Origin: an uncultured Planctomycetota bacterium
Lineage (GTDB): Bacteria > Planctomycetota > Planctomycetia > Isosphaerales > Isosphaeraceae
Direction: 5' to 3'
Length of the DNA: 64,000 nucleotides
Assembly: GCA_963823665.1 (NCBI GenBank)
Contig: CAWGMQ010000005.1
Coordinates: 1,216,001-1,280,000, forward strand
Shown one piece after another: positions 44,192 to 54,711 of this stretch (the first letter of the stretch is position 1; the number at the start of each line of letters is the position of its first letter). The notes beneath the pieces were generated by a model, which was given only the letters and a program-made list of their open reading frames with translations, had not been told where the DNA came from and searched no databases. Position numbers and translations under genes: made by a program.

Positions 44192-45067
44192 CTACTGCAC
44201 CTCCGGCTTCGAGCCGTCGCCCTTCAACTCGGGGATGCGCCGATCCTGGTAGAAGCGATATCGGTGCTTCGCGTCGTGATTCTGGGTGTTTTCGTCGGAA
44301 CGGATGGCGCTCCAGACTTCGTGGTTCTTGTGGCTTAACCAGAGGCTCATGTCGGAAAACCGTGCCGCGCCGAAGAGCCACTGAGGACCCGACTGGCCCA
44401 CGCGGGCCTCGAGCACGAGGATGAGCTCGGGGTCGGTGCCGGCCGATGAGACGAGGGCGAACAGGGCGCCATCGAGGACGTCGGGATCTGTGCTCTCATA
44501 ACGGTAGAGGGGACGAGGGAGCAGCCGCAATTCCCAGGCCTTTCCCTGGTTGCTCAGGCTCCGGCCCGTGAATTCGCGAGCCAAGGCGCGAATCTGAGCC
44601 AGCCTGAGCGCCGGATTACCGGCCGGCTTGGGCGCGCTCTCCACCGGTTTCAAATCGACGCCTGGGGCCTGCGGAACCCACTGCTCCGCGGCCGCGCGGT
44701 CGACGACCAGCACCGCCAATGAAAGCGACTGCAGCTCATGACAGACCGTGCGCCGGCTTTCGCTCGTGGGATGAGAGAAGATGCTGCCGATTACCTCCGG
44801 GCGGCCGCGATACGTCCAGACGTAGACCTCACCCACCTGACCGTTGCTTCTCGTGGGATTTGTCCAGCGGTAGAGCGGTTCGCGTTTGAGCGTAAGCTTC
44901 TGAGTCCGATGGACGTCGCGGAAGATCGAGTAGCTGGCCGCATCGGCCGTGTGCAGCTCCAGCAATTGCCGGCTCTTGGCCTTGGCGGCCGGGTCCGACA
45001 GCGCGTTCTCGCCACCCTGCTGACCCGTGGAAGCGACCAGAAGAAGCAAAACGGTCGACGCATTCAT
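44192..45067 (-). CDS. Secreted hypothetical protein, paralog A of a three-member family
   Basis: Signal peptide MNASTVLLLLVAS. Motifs RWTNPTR, GRP, ELRLLPRPLYRY, DGALF and GTDPE..L..EAR are shared with 54712 and 63553. Confidence 0.8.
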   Translation of the reverse strand: MNASTVLLLLVASTGQQGGENALSDPAAKAKSRQLLELHTADAASYSIFRDVHRTQKLTLKREPLYRWTNPTRSNGQVGEVYVWTYRGRPEVIGSIFSHPTSESRRTVCHELQSLSLAVLVVDRAAAEQWVPQAPGVDLKPVESAPKPAGNPALRLAQIRALAREFTGRSLSNQGKAWELRLLPRPLYRYESTDPDVLDGALFALVSSAGTDPELILVLEARVGQSGPQWLFGAARFSDMSLWLSHKNHEVWSAIRSDENTQNHDAKHRYRFYQDRRIPELKGDGSKPEVQ

Positions 45068-45120
45068 AGGGCCACCGACCTTCGATGGAGCCATCACGAA
45101 CCTGAGCAGGGAACCGGACA

Positions 45121-45296
45121 GGCTACGAATGAAGTCGTATGACGACAAATATCGCGGACGTCGAGGTATTGTCAACGAAATTCCTCGCCCCGTCGGCCGA
45201 GGCAGCGCCCGAACCAAGGAATCAATTTCTGAATTATTTCGTTGACAAATCATCTCCGGTGGCGATATTTGTAGTCGTGCGACTTGCTCCGTAACC
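45121..45296. promoter_or_regulatory. Mirror-image divergent promoters with candidate BlaI-family operators
   Basis: 45121..45181 (reverse complement) and 45236..45296 both read ATTTCG-TTGACA-N16-GATATT-TGTnGTCnTnCGACTT...CGTAnCC. Palindrome TACGA-N6-TCGTA at 45124..45139. Confidence 0.75.
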
Positions 45297-45312
45297 TATC
45301 AGGACAGGATTG

Positions 45313-45722
45313 ATGTCTCGAGAGAATCCCGAGCCTTTGACGGTGGCTGAGTGGAAGGTGATGAAGATCGTGTGGCGACGAAAGAGCTGCTCTGCCCGCG
45401 AGGTGTATGAGGAGGCGGGCGAGGCACACGGCTGGGCGCCGACCACGACCAAAACGCTGCTGCGCCGCCTTGTGGAAAAGAAACACCTGACGGCAACTGC
45501 CGTGGGATCGAGTTTTCTGTACCGGCCGGCGCGCCGGCGTGGCCGTCGCTGGCTGGAGCGGCGGACGCTCTCCTCGAGAACACGCTCGAAGGCATGGGGG
45601 GCAAGCTCCTGGCGTATATGGTCAAGAAGGTTCAGTTGACGCCGGAAGACATGGCACAGCTCCGCGCGATTCTCGTCGAGCATCAGCAGGCCGCAGGAGA
45701 AGGGAGTGAGGCGCCGCCATGA
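45313..45722 (+). CDS. BlaI/MecI/CopY-family repressor, frameshift near 45532
   Basis: LTVAEWKVMKIVW...WAPTTTKTLLRRLVEKK...FLYRP. The C-terminus LTPEDMAQLRAIL is in the next frame and ends in an ATGA overlap with the M56 gene. Confidence 0.9.
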
Positions 45723-48700
45723 TCCCTGTCGAGCTCCTGAACACCTGGGGTGGGTTCTGGTTCGGGCTGATGACACGGACATTGTTAGAGACAACCGCCC
45801 TCCTGGGCGTGATGCTCGTGCTATGGCTGCCGCTGCGCAAGCGAATGTCGGCGAAGCTTGCGCACGGGCTTTTCTGTCTGGTGCTCCTCAAGTTGCTCAT
45901 CCCGATTCCGGTTACGGGGCCGGCATGGCAATCGCTGGGATGGAAACTCGAAGCAACGGAGTGGCTTTCGGCCTGGACGTCGCCCGGCGAACTGCCACGC
46001 CGAGAACCGGTCGCGAAGTCGCCGGAACCGCCCTGGTCGCCGCCGACGACTGGCGACCTCGGTGCGAGCCTGGCTGAGGTGTCATCTCCACAGCCGATCG
46101 GGGCCGTGGTTCAAGCGGTTTCGCCTGAGGGTGCCGGCGTGCCTGTGACCACCCCTCCCGTGGTAGAGCGCGCGAGGCCCGCGCTTTCGATCCAGGCATT
46201 CTTGATGCTCGCTTGGAGCTGTTGTGCCGGACTTCTGCTGGCGCGCTTTGCCTGGGCGATGAAGAGGACCCGGCGCCTCATGCGCCAGGCGGTACCGCTT
46301 CCGCCGGATCGTCTGCCGATCGACCTCGACGCATTGCCGCGCGCCCTTGGCCTTCGTAGCGGCGTTCGGTGGGCAGTCGATCAGAGGCTGGACTCACCCG
46401 CGGTGGGCGGCCTTTTCCGGCCGGCCGTGATCGTTCCCCCCGACCTGCACGAGAGCCTGACGCCCAACCAGTTGACGTGGGTGCTCCTTCACGAGCTGGC
46501 GCACGTGCGCCGCGGCGATCTCTGGGTGGTGATGTTTCAGCGGGTTCTGCAAGCGGTGTTCTTCTTCAACCCGGCGGTGCATCTGGCGAACTGGATCATT
46601 GACGAGCTGCGGGAATACGCTTGTGACGATGCGGCGCTCGCCGCCTGCAAGACATCAAGGGGCGAGTGCGGCGAAGGGTTCTTGACGATCATCGAGCGGT
46701 CGGCCGGGCGCCCGCCCGTTTCCGCGCCGGCCCTGGGACTTTTCGAAGGCAAACTGCTGATACGCCGTCGCCTGGTGCGTATTCTGGATAATCGCCGCAC
46801 GATTCATGCCCGGCTATCGCGGCCGGCGGCTTGCGGGCTGGTCGTGCTGGCGATCGCGCTGTTCGCACTGCCATACGGCGCGCCGGGAAGAGTCTCGGCG
46901 GGGCCGCACCGGAATCGCTCATCCGCCGGCGATTCGAGTGTGTCGATCAAAGAGCGATCGCGCGTGCCGGACGAACCAGCGAGCTACCGCCCGGGTGCGG
47001 TCTGGCACCATCAAGGGACGCAGGACCGCGGCGGAACCGCGAGCGAGGCGGGGTCTTCGATCGGCCGGACCGTGGTGCTCGCAGTCGCATATTCACCGGA
47101 CCGAACGATGCTGGCTTCGGCCGGGGATGACGCGGTGATCCGATTGCGTGATCTGGCCTCCGGCCGCTGGGCCGGGGAGCTCGAAGGACACGAAGACGCC
47201 GTCTCGTGTTTGGGCTTTTCTCCGGACGGCAAGACACTTGCGACCGGGAGCTACGATCGCACCGTGAAGCTCTGGGACGTCGGTACGCGCCGGCTACTCA
47301 AAACTTTCTGGGGGCACACCAACTGGGTGTTTTCCGTGGCATTTACACCCGACGGCGCATCTCTGGTCACGGGCGGTCACGACAAGAGCGTGCGAATCTG
47401 GGACATTCGCACCGGGCGTGAGACGGCTAGACTAGCCGGACACACGGCATCGGTTCGGGCGATTGCCGTCGCAGGCGGCGGTGGCTCGACCATGATTGCC
47501 TCCGGGGGAGCGGACCAGGCCGTGCTGGTATGGGACCTGGGCACCGGTTTGCTTCGAGCGCGGCTGGAAGGGCACAAGGGGATGGTGCGGGCGCTTGCGT
47601 TTGAGGCCGACGGCACCACGCTTGCCGCCGGTGGCGAGGACGGTGACGTAAGACTGTGGGACATGAAGTCCAACCAGCTTCGCGCGACGTTGTCCGGCCA
47701 TTCGGACATGGTAACCTGCGTGGCATTCTCGCCGGGCGGCGAGATTCTCGCCTCGGGAAGCCTTGATGCGAACGTGAAGCTCTGGGAGATGAGCTCCAGC
47801 CGCGAGCGGGCATCGCTGCAAGGCCACCTGGACGGCGTCTCTGCGCTCGCCTTTGCGCCGGACGCCCGTCAGATGGCCACGGCTGGGTTCGACGGTTCCG
47901 TCCGGCTCTGGGAGCCTGCCGCCCCGATCTTCTCTCCAACCGCTTGCCTCCCGTATCCCGGCGAGCCCAGCAATCTGGCGTTCGCGCCCGACGGCCGGTC
48001 AGTGCGAGCAGCCGGCACGGCGGGAATCATCCGGTGGGATGTGAAGTCCGGCTCGGCCGTGCCGCCTTCGGGGCAAGACGATGCGACGGCACTGGCCGCG
48101 GCTGCCGACGGCTCGCGGTACGTGACGGTCGGGCCGGGCAAGAAAGTCGTGGTGTATGACGGCCGAAGCGACAAGCGGCTTGCCACCTTCGACGGGCACG
48201 ACGGCGACGTGCGAGCGATTGCCTTTTCGGCTGATTCGCGGCAGATCGCCTCGGGTGACGATAACGGTGTCGTGCGCTTGTGGGACGCAATCGCATTGCG
48301 TTTAGCGGGATCTCTGCCTGCGCTCGAGCTTCCGATCACGTGCGTGCAGTTTTCGCCCGATGGCAAGACGCTTGCAGTCGCGACGTGCGATCTACACGAA
48401 GCGAAAAAAGGGGAAGTGACGCTGTGGAATATCGTGACGCGAGAGCTCGTTGGCGTGCTGCACGAAAATGAAAAGGGCGTCCGATCGGTCGCGTTTTCAC
48501 CAGACGGAGCGACGATCGCAACCGCCAGCGCGGTTGGGGTGATCCGACTTTGGGATGCGGCCACACGCTCGGCGCGCTTTTCATTGACATACGGCGATTG
48601 CCGATCAGTCGCGTTTTCGCCCGATGGCCGTGTTCTCGCATCTGCTCATATCGGGGGCGACGTGGTGCTCTGGAGCAGCGAGGGAGGCCGGCAGCTCGCC

Positions 48701-49798
48701 CTGCTCTCGGGTCATCGCGACGAGGTTTCGCACGTTATCTTTTCTCCCGTTGGGCATTGCCTCGCGACGGCCGGAAAGGCCGGGACCGTCAAGCTCTGGA
48801 ACCTGGGCACGCGAAGGCAGACGGCACGGGCGACCCTGAAAGGAGATCTAACCTCGGTGAGGTCGGTCGCGTACTCACCAGACGGCAAGACGCTGGCCGT
48901 CGGCGATGGTCCGAACGATGGCACCGGAACGGTGACGCTCTGGGATGCGGCAGCCAGGAAGGTGATTGCAACGCTCGGCGAGCATGAGCGAGGCGTCGTC
49001 GCTCTCGTGTTCTCGCCGGACGCAACGAGTCTCGCGTCGGGAAGCTGCGACGGCACCATCCGGATCTGGGACCTGGCGCAGTCCACGTGCCGGCATGAGC
49101 TGCCCGGGTTGAGCGGAGTGACCGAGCTTGCGTACTCGCCCGACGGCAAATTGCTGGCCTCTGCCGGGGAAGGGAACATTGTGACGATCTGGGACGTGGA
49201 GACCGGCAGAGAGGCGTGTCGACTCACGGACCTTCGGTGGCCGGTGTACAGCGTGAGCTTTTCGCCCGACGGCACTCGCCTGGCGACCGGCGGAGGGGCA
49301 CCCGACGGTCGCCCGGGTGCGCGCGGCGAGTTGAAGATCTGGGACGTGGCGAAGCGGTCGGTGGTGGGAACGCTCGACGGCCACGAGAAAGCGGTCTTGG
49401 CGGTTTGTTTCTCGCCCGACGGCCGAAACCTGGCTTCCGGCAGCCTGGACGAGACGATTCGTTTGTGGGACGTGAGATCGATGCAGAGCCAGCTCACGAT
49501 CGGGGGTATGTCCCATTGCGTGCAGGCTCTGGCGTACTCACCAGACGGCAAGACGCTGGCCTGGTCAGGGCGCCACGACGGCCTGGTTTCGCTCTGCGAT
49601 GCCGTGACGGGAGCGGAGGTCAGCCGGTTCGTCGGCCATCGTGGGCCAGTGCGGGGAATTGCGTTCGCACCTGACGGGTCGGGATTGGCCACAGGCGGCG
49701 ACGACCGATCGATCAAGCTGTGGGATGTGCAGGTTCAGGCATCGTCCCTGTCCCAGTCCACGATACGCTCAGGGGAAAACCACGGGGGCTCGAGATGA
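45719..49798 (+). CDS. BlaR1-type M56 metallopeptidase with 21 WD40 repeats
   Basis: SPAVGGLFRP, LLHELAHVRRGD, FFFNP and REYACD, then a TM helix and 21 WD40 repeats. Confidence 0.93.
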   Translation: MIPVELLNTWGGFWFGLMTRTLLETTALLGVMLVLWLPLRKRMSAKLAHGLFCLVLLKLLIPIPVTGPAWQSLGWKLEATEWLSAWTSPGELPRREPVAKSPEPPWSPPTTGDLGASLAEVSSPQPIGAVVQAVSPEGAGVPVTTPPVVERARPALSIQAFLMLAWSCCAGLLLARFAWAMKRTRRLMRQAVPLPPDRLPIDLDALPRALGLRSGVRWAVDQRLDSPAVGGLFRPAVIVPPDLHESLTPNQLTWVLLHELAHVRRGDLWVVMFQRVLQAVFFFNPAVHLANWIIDELREYACDDAALAACKTSRGECGEGFLTIIERSAGRPPVSAPALGLFEGKLLIRRRLVRILDNRRTIHARLSRPAACGLVVLAIALFALPYGAPGRVSAGPHRNRSSAGDSSVSIKERSRVPDEPASYRPGAVWHHQGTQDRGGTASEAGSSIGRTVVLAVAYSPDRTMLASAGDDAVIRLRDLASGRWAGELEGHEDAVSCLGFSPDGKTLATGSYDRTVKLWDVGTRRLLKTFWGHTNWVFSVAFTPDGASLVTGGHDKSVRIWDIRTGRETARLAGHTASVRAIAVAGGGGSTMIASGGADQAVLVWDLGTGLLRARLEGHKGMVRALAFEADGTTLAAGGEDGDVRLWDMKSNQLRATLSGHSDMVTCVAFSPGGEILASGSLDANVKLWEMSSSRERASLQGHLDGVSALAFAPDARQMATAGFDGSVRLWEPAAPIFSPTACLPYPGEPSNLAFAPDGRSVRAAGTAGIIRWDVKSGSAVPPSGQDDATALAAAADGSRYVTVGPGKKVVVYDGRSDKRLATFDGHDGDVRAIAFSADSRQIASGDDNGVVRLWDAIALRLAGSLPALELPITCVQFSPDGKTLAVATCDLHEAKKGEVTLWNIVTRELVGVLHENEKGVRSVAFSPDGATIATASAVGVIRLWDAATRSARFSLTYGDCRSVAFSPDGRVLASAHIGGDVVLWSSEGGRQLALLSGHRDEVSHVIFSPVGHCLATAGKAGTVKLWNLGTRRQTARATLKGDLTSVRSVAYSPDGKTLAVGDGPNDGTGTVTLWDAAARKVIATLGEHERGVVALVFSPDATSLASGSCDGTIRIWDLAQSTCRHELPGLSGVTELAYSPDGKLLASAGEGNIVTIWDVETGREACRLTDLRWPVYSVSFSPDGTRLATGGGAPDGRPGARGELKIWDVAKRSVVGTLDGHEKAVLAVCFSPDGRNLASGSLDETIRLWDVRSMQSQLTIGGMSHCVQALAYSPDGKTLAWSGRHDGLVSLCDAVTGAEVSRFVGHRGPVRGIAFAPDGSGLATGGDDRSIKLWDVQVQASSLSQSTIRSGENHGGSR

Positions 49799-51432
49799 AG
49801 CACGACCGGCGGTTCTGGATTGGAATGATGTGCTTCGCGCTGGGTGCGGCGTCTTCGGCTGCGGCCCGGGCGGATGACAACAGAACAGGCAAGACACCGG
49901 ATGCGGCTGCCGTCGCGGCAGCGAATGACGCGAGAGCGCTCGCAGGCCAGATCGACCGTCTGCTGGCTGCCAAGTGGGCCGCGGCAAAGGTCGTGCCCGC
50001 TCGTCCTGCCGATGATGCCGAGTATCTTCGCCGTGTCTACCTGGACCTTGTGGGAATGATCCCGACGGCCGCGGAAGCGCGCGACTTCCTGGACGACCGC
50101 AGCGAAGACAAGCGTTCGCGGCTGGTCGAATCACTGCTCGACAGCCCGGCTTATCTGACGCACGCCACCGCGAGCTATCGCACGTTGCTCTTGCCTGAAG
50201 CCGACTCCGGCGGCGGCCTGGGGGGTGCTGTGGGGACGTTCGAGGCGTGGCTGCGGAAAAAGGTATCCGATGGAGTCGGATACGACCAGATCGTGCGCGA
50301 GGTGCTCACCGTCCGGCTGGGCGCTCTGGGACGTCGAGGCGGCAACGCGCAGGACCCGCGTGCCGAGCCCTCGCCGCTGGCCTACTACGTCGCCAAGGAT
50401 GCCAAGCCCGAAAACCTCGCCGCCGGCGCTGCCCGGACATTCCTGGGCGTCCGACTTGAGTGCGCTCAGTGCCACAAGCATCCCTTCGACCACTGGACGC
50501 GCGAGGAGTTCTGGGGTCTGGCGGCCTTCTTCGCGGGCGTATCCAAGCAGGGGAAGGACGACGCGCATGGTCCGATCCGCGAAGTTGCCGGTCGGCGTGA
50601 AGTGGTTATCCCGGACACGAGCAAGATCGTCAAGGCAACGTTCCTCGACGGCAGCAGCCCAGAGTGGGGGCGCAAGGCGTCCGGGCGCGATCTTCTGGCC
50701 GAATGGGTCACCGCATCCGGGAACCCTTACTTCGCCCGCGCAGCGGCCAACCGCGTGTGGGCGCGGTTTTTCGGCACCGGTATCGTCGAACCGGTCGACG
50801 ATCTTCGCCCGGACAACCCGCCGTCGCACCCCGAGCTTCTGGACTTGCTGGCTCGGGAGTTTCGCTTGCACGGCTATGCGCTCAAGTTCCTGATCCGCGC
50901 GATCACGGCGACCAAGGCTTACTCGCTCACAAGCAGCGTAGGTCGCTCGGAGCTGGCGCCGGCGAGCTTATTTGCATCGATGCCGGTTCGTACGATTTCA
51001 TCAGCGCAGCTTTTCGAGACGCTCGCCCAGGCGACGGGTTTTCGCCAAGGTTCTGCCGGCATGTACTCATATGATGGATCGACGAAGGCCCGATTCCTGG
51101 AGCTATTCACCGACCGCGACGAAAGACCGACCGAAGGAGAAACGTCGATCCTGCAGGCCCTGACCCTCATGAATGGACCACTGCTGGCCAGTGTGACGAA
51201 CCCCGACACGAACGGCACGCTGGCGGCCGTCGCCGAGGCACCGTATCTGGACACCCGGGGACGAATCGAAACGCTGTACCTGGCGGCGCTATCCCGCCGT
51301 CCGTCGTCGGCCGAGCTCGAGCGGCTGGCGACTTACGTCGATCAAGGCCGCAACCCAGGCGACCGGACGAAGGCGCTTGCGGACATCTTCTGGGCTCTGC
51401 TCAACAGTCCTGAATTCCGGTTCAACCACTGA
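49795..51432 (+). CDS. DUF1549/DUF1553 (PSD1) protein
   Basis: DDAEYLRRVYLDLVG, FLGVRLECAQCHKHPFD, NPYFARAAANRVW, PSHPELL, QALTLMNG and WALLNSPEFRFNH. Confidence 0.93.
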   Translation: MKHDRRFWIGMMCFALGAASSAAARADDNRTGKTPDAAAVAAANDARALAGQIDRLLAAKWAAAKVVPARPADDAEYLRRVYLDLVGMIPTAAEARDFLDDRSEDKRSRLVESLLDSPAYLTHATASYRTLLLPEADSGGGLGGAVGTFEAWLRKKVSDGVGYDQIVREVLTVRLGALGRRGGNAQDPRAEPSPLAYYVAKDAKPENLAAGAARTFLGVRLECAQCHKHPFDHWTREEFWGLAAFFAGVSKQGKDDAHGPIREVAGRREVVIPDTSKIVKATFLDGSSPEWGRKASGRDLLAEWVTASGNPYFARAAANRVWARFFGTGIVEPVDDLRPDNPPSHPELLDLLAREFRLHGYALKFLIRAITATKAYSLTSSVGRSELAPASLFASMPVRTISSAQLFETLAQATGFRQGSAGMYSYDGSTKARFLELFTDRDERPTEGETSILQALTLMNGPLLASVTNPDTNGTLAAVAEAPYLDTRGRIETLYLAALSRRPSSAELERLATYVDQGRNPGDRTKALADIFWALLNSPEFRFNH

Positions 51433-51496
51433 ATTCGGCGCCAACTGCGCTCGTTGCGGCGAGGGCCCGCGAGCGTTCTCTCACGGAGAACAGATC

Positions 51497-52858
51497 ATGA
51501 GACGACCGAGCGTGCGTACGGGGGACATTTCACGGCGCCAGTTGATGCGGCTGGCTGCCGCTGGAGTTGTGGGCTTCTCAAGTTCGGGCTGGATCGAGGC
51601 TCTGGCTGACGACGCCGGCTCGAATCCGCGGCGGTGCAAATCGTGCATTCTGCTCTGGATGAGCGGCGGTCCCAGCCAGACGGATACGTTTGATCCCAAG
51701 CCGGGCCATGCCAACGGCGGGGAATTCAAGGCGATCGAAACGGCGGTGCCCGGCATATTGATCAGCGAGCACTTGCCCAAGCTCGCCAAGCAAATGAAGG
51801 ACATCGCGATCATTCGCTCGATGAGCACAAAGGAAGGGGACCACGGCCGTGCGACCTTCAACCTGCGCACCGGCTACCAGCAAACGGGCCCGATCCGCTA
51901 CCCGACGTTTGGCTCGCTCGTCGCGAAAGAGATCGGGCGGGACGAGGCCGAGCTGCCGAATTTCGTGAGCATTGCGCCGGTGCGTGCCTTCAACCCGGGT
52001 GCATTTGGACCGGGCTTCCTTGGACCGCAGTACGCTCCGCTCGTTGTCGGCGAGCGAGCTGTGCTCGACCCCCAGGGAGGCAACGACGCGCGCAATCTGT
52101 CGTTCAAAGTCGACGATCTTGACCTGCCGGCGGGGGTGAACCATCACCGAGCCGACTCGCGGCTCGAATTGCTGGACTCATTCCGACAGGAATTCATGTC
52201 GAGTCACCCCGGCTCCGGCCCCGTGAGCCACCAGGATGCTTATCTTCGAGCGGTTCGCTTGATGAGGTCAGCGGCGGCGAAGGCGTTTGACCTCGAGGAA
52301 GAACCGGCGCCGGTTCGCGACGCCTACGGCCGGACTGCGTTCGGCCAAGGGTGCCTGCTCGCCCGCCGGCTGGTCGAGCGGGGCGTGCCGTTCGTCGAGG
52401 TCACGCTCTCCTCAGCCGGAGCCGCAACACCGGCCGGTTGGGACACGCACCAGCAGAACTTCGATCAGGTCAAGGCATTGAGCGCGGTGCTTGACCCGGC
52501 GTGGTCCGCCCTGATGAATGACCTGCGCAGGCTGGGGCGGCTGGATTCGACGTTGATCGTGTGGATGGGCGAATTCGGCCGGACGCCAAAGATCAACGGG
52601 CAGGCGGGGCGAGATCACTTCCCGGGTGCCTGGACGACGGTCATGGCCGGAGGCGGAATCAAGGGGGGCCAGACAATCGGCACCTCGGGCGCGGACGGGA
52701 TGGAGGCAAAAGGGCGGCCCGTGACGGTGCCCGACTTGTTGTCAACGGTCTGTAAGGGGCTGGGCGTCAATCCGCTCGCGCAAAACGAGTCGGGCCTGGG
52801 CCGTCCGATCCGTGTTGTTGATCCCAAGGCCAAAGCGATTCAGGAGATTCTGGCATGA
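51497..52858 (+). CDS. DUF1501 family protein with Tat signal
   Basis: SRRQLM, CILLWMSGGPSQTDTFDPKP, LLARRLVERGV, WDTH, GEFGRTP and GRDH. Confidence 0.95.
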   Translation: MRRPSVRTGDISRRQLMRLAAAGVVGFSSSGWIEALADDAGSNPRRCKSCILLWMSGGPSQTDTFDPKPGHANGGEFKAIETAVPGILISEHLPKLAKQMKDIAIIRSMSTKEGDHGRATFNLRTGYQQTGPIRYPTFGSLVAKEIGRDEAELPNFVSIAPVRAFNPGAFGPGFLGPQYAPLVVGERAVLDPQGGNDARNLSFKVDDLDLPAGVNHHRADSRLELLDSFRQEFMSSHPGSGPVSHQDAYLRAVRLMRSAAAKAFDLEEEPAPVRDAYGRTAFGQGCLLARRLVERGVPFVEVTLSSAGAATPAGWDTHQQNFDQVKALSAVLDPAWSALMNDLRRLGRLDSTLIVWMGEFGRTPKINGQAGRDHFPGAWTTVMAGGGIKGGQTIGTSGADGMEAKGRPVTVPDLLSTVCKGLGVNPLAQNESGLGRPIRVVDPKAKAIQEILA

Positions 52859-54575
52859 AGTTGCGTGCTGGCTTGCCGCTCTGCACTGCCTGCGCGTTCT
52901 TGCGCTCGCGTTTGACATGCCACGAGCCCAGGCGGACGATGGCCTTCGACCCCAGGATGGCGCTGCCGTGGTCGAGCGTGATTCTGTCCAGGACGTCATC
53001 TTTGTAAGCGACGTGCGGCCGATGTTCATCCGGCTGAGACTGGATGCGGGGGACAAGTCGTTCCGGTCGGCATGGCTCGACGCGGTGAAAGGCATCCACG
53101 CGTACCTCGATCGTAACAAAGACGGCGTCCTGTCAAAGGATGAGGCCGAACGCGGCTCACTGCCGGTGATGGTGCGTGCGGCGACGGGCGGTGCAGCGGC
53201 CCTGCCGCGAGCCGATCTCGACACCAACCCGAAGGACGGCAAGGTATCGGTCGAAGAGCTCGCCGACGTGCTTCGCCCTGGCCTGGGTCCATTTCGCGTT
53301 CAGATCGGGCGGCTTGCGGTGGAGCGAAACGACGCCCTGTTCAACCTGCTCGATGGTAACAAGGACGGTACGCTGACCAAGGAAGAGCTGGGGACGGCCG
53401 TGACATCGCTGTATCGCTATGACCTTGACAGCGATGAGCTCATCGACCCGAGCGAGCTCGAACCGTTCAGCAATCCGATCGCGACAATGAATGAGGACAC
53501 GATGCGCGGAGGAAAGCTCGCGCCCGTGCCACCGGTGATCGAGCTCTCGGCCGAAGATCCTTCATTCCGCCCTGTGCGGCTCTTGCTGAAGAAATACGAT
53601 AAGGGAACAGGCCGGGGAGCTCCCGGCGGCGACAATCGTCTCTCCAATGGAGAATTTGCGATTGAGCCAAAGCTGTTCGAATCGGCCGATATCGACGGTG
53701 ACGGCGCGCTCGATACCGAGGAATTGCGACGGTTCTTGAGCCGGGTCGAGCCCGATCTCGAGCTGGTTGTCAAGCTTTCCGGGCCAGGCTCGACGGCCAC
53801 GACGATCGGAGTGGAAGCCGCGACGGCCAAGCCCCTGCCGCGCGAGCTGCGAGTCCGAAAGCTCTCCGATGGCGACGTCGAAATCGCACTTGGAGAGCTC
53901 CATCTTGAATTCAACGCGGCAGGCGGCGAGGACGCCATGCAGAACGCCAAGAACTACTATCAGGGGCAGTTCAAGGCTGCCGACAAGGATAACAACAAGT
54001 ATCTCGACAAGTCAGAAGTGAAGGATCACGGGCCATTCGCCGCTCTGTTCGACACCATCGACTCTGACGGCGACGGTAAGCTTTACATGAAAGAGATTGA
54101 TGATTTCGTGGATCAGCAAGTGCGGGTTGCGCGAAGTCAGATGGTACTTTCGGTCTCGGACCAGGGCCGCGCGATCTTCGCCATCGTCGATCTCAATCGC
54201 GACCGCCGGCTGTCGGTGCGAGAGATCCGCAGCGCAGTCGACCGGGTTTCGTCGTGGGATCGCAACGGCGACGGCCGCGTCAGCTCCGACGAGATTCCGC
54301 ACCACTACGAGATGTCGATCGGCCGGGGCCAGATTGTAGGAGTCGGCATGTCTTCGGCTGCTGTGGCCAGAATGGCCGCTTCACCTGGCGCACGCGTGGT
54401 GCCTGAGGGTCCGTCGTGGTTTCGCAAGATGGATCGTAACGGCGATGGCGACATCTCGCGTCGCGAGTTCCTGGGCGCTCGCGCGGACTTTGAGCGGTTC
54501 GACAGTAACTGCGACGGTCTGATCGATGCGGTAGAGGCAGCAGGGCCGAGCACGAAGCAAGCTGCCGCCAAGTGA
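52855..54575 (+). CDS. Secreted multi-EF-hand protein, probable frameshift in the signal peptide near 52900
   Basis: ATGA overlap with the DUF1501 stop gives MKLRAGLPLCTACAFL. The body has about 11 DxDxDG-type loops (DRNKDGVLSKDE, DIDGDGALDTEE, DRNGDGDISRRE). Confidence 0.85.
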
Positions 54576-54711
54576 ACAAGTGGGTGTGTGCGTGGTCGGG
54601 CTTTAGTCTTCAGGCAGAGGCGCATGCGTGGGGCCGTGATTCGTTACGATGCCGTTGCTGGAATCCAGATGGACGCCGGCTCGTCATGGAATTGAATCGC
54701 TCATCAGTCGG

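Noticed and set aside
45500..45560. Programmed frameshifting or phase variation in blaI, resB or tolC
   Set aside because: No slippery heptamer or long homopolymer is present, and the same indel pattern affects unrelated genes across the window.
45313..49798. Beta-lactam resistance locus
   Set aside because: There is no penicillin-binding sensor domain and no recognisable beta-lactamase nearby.
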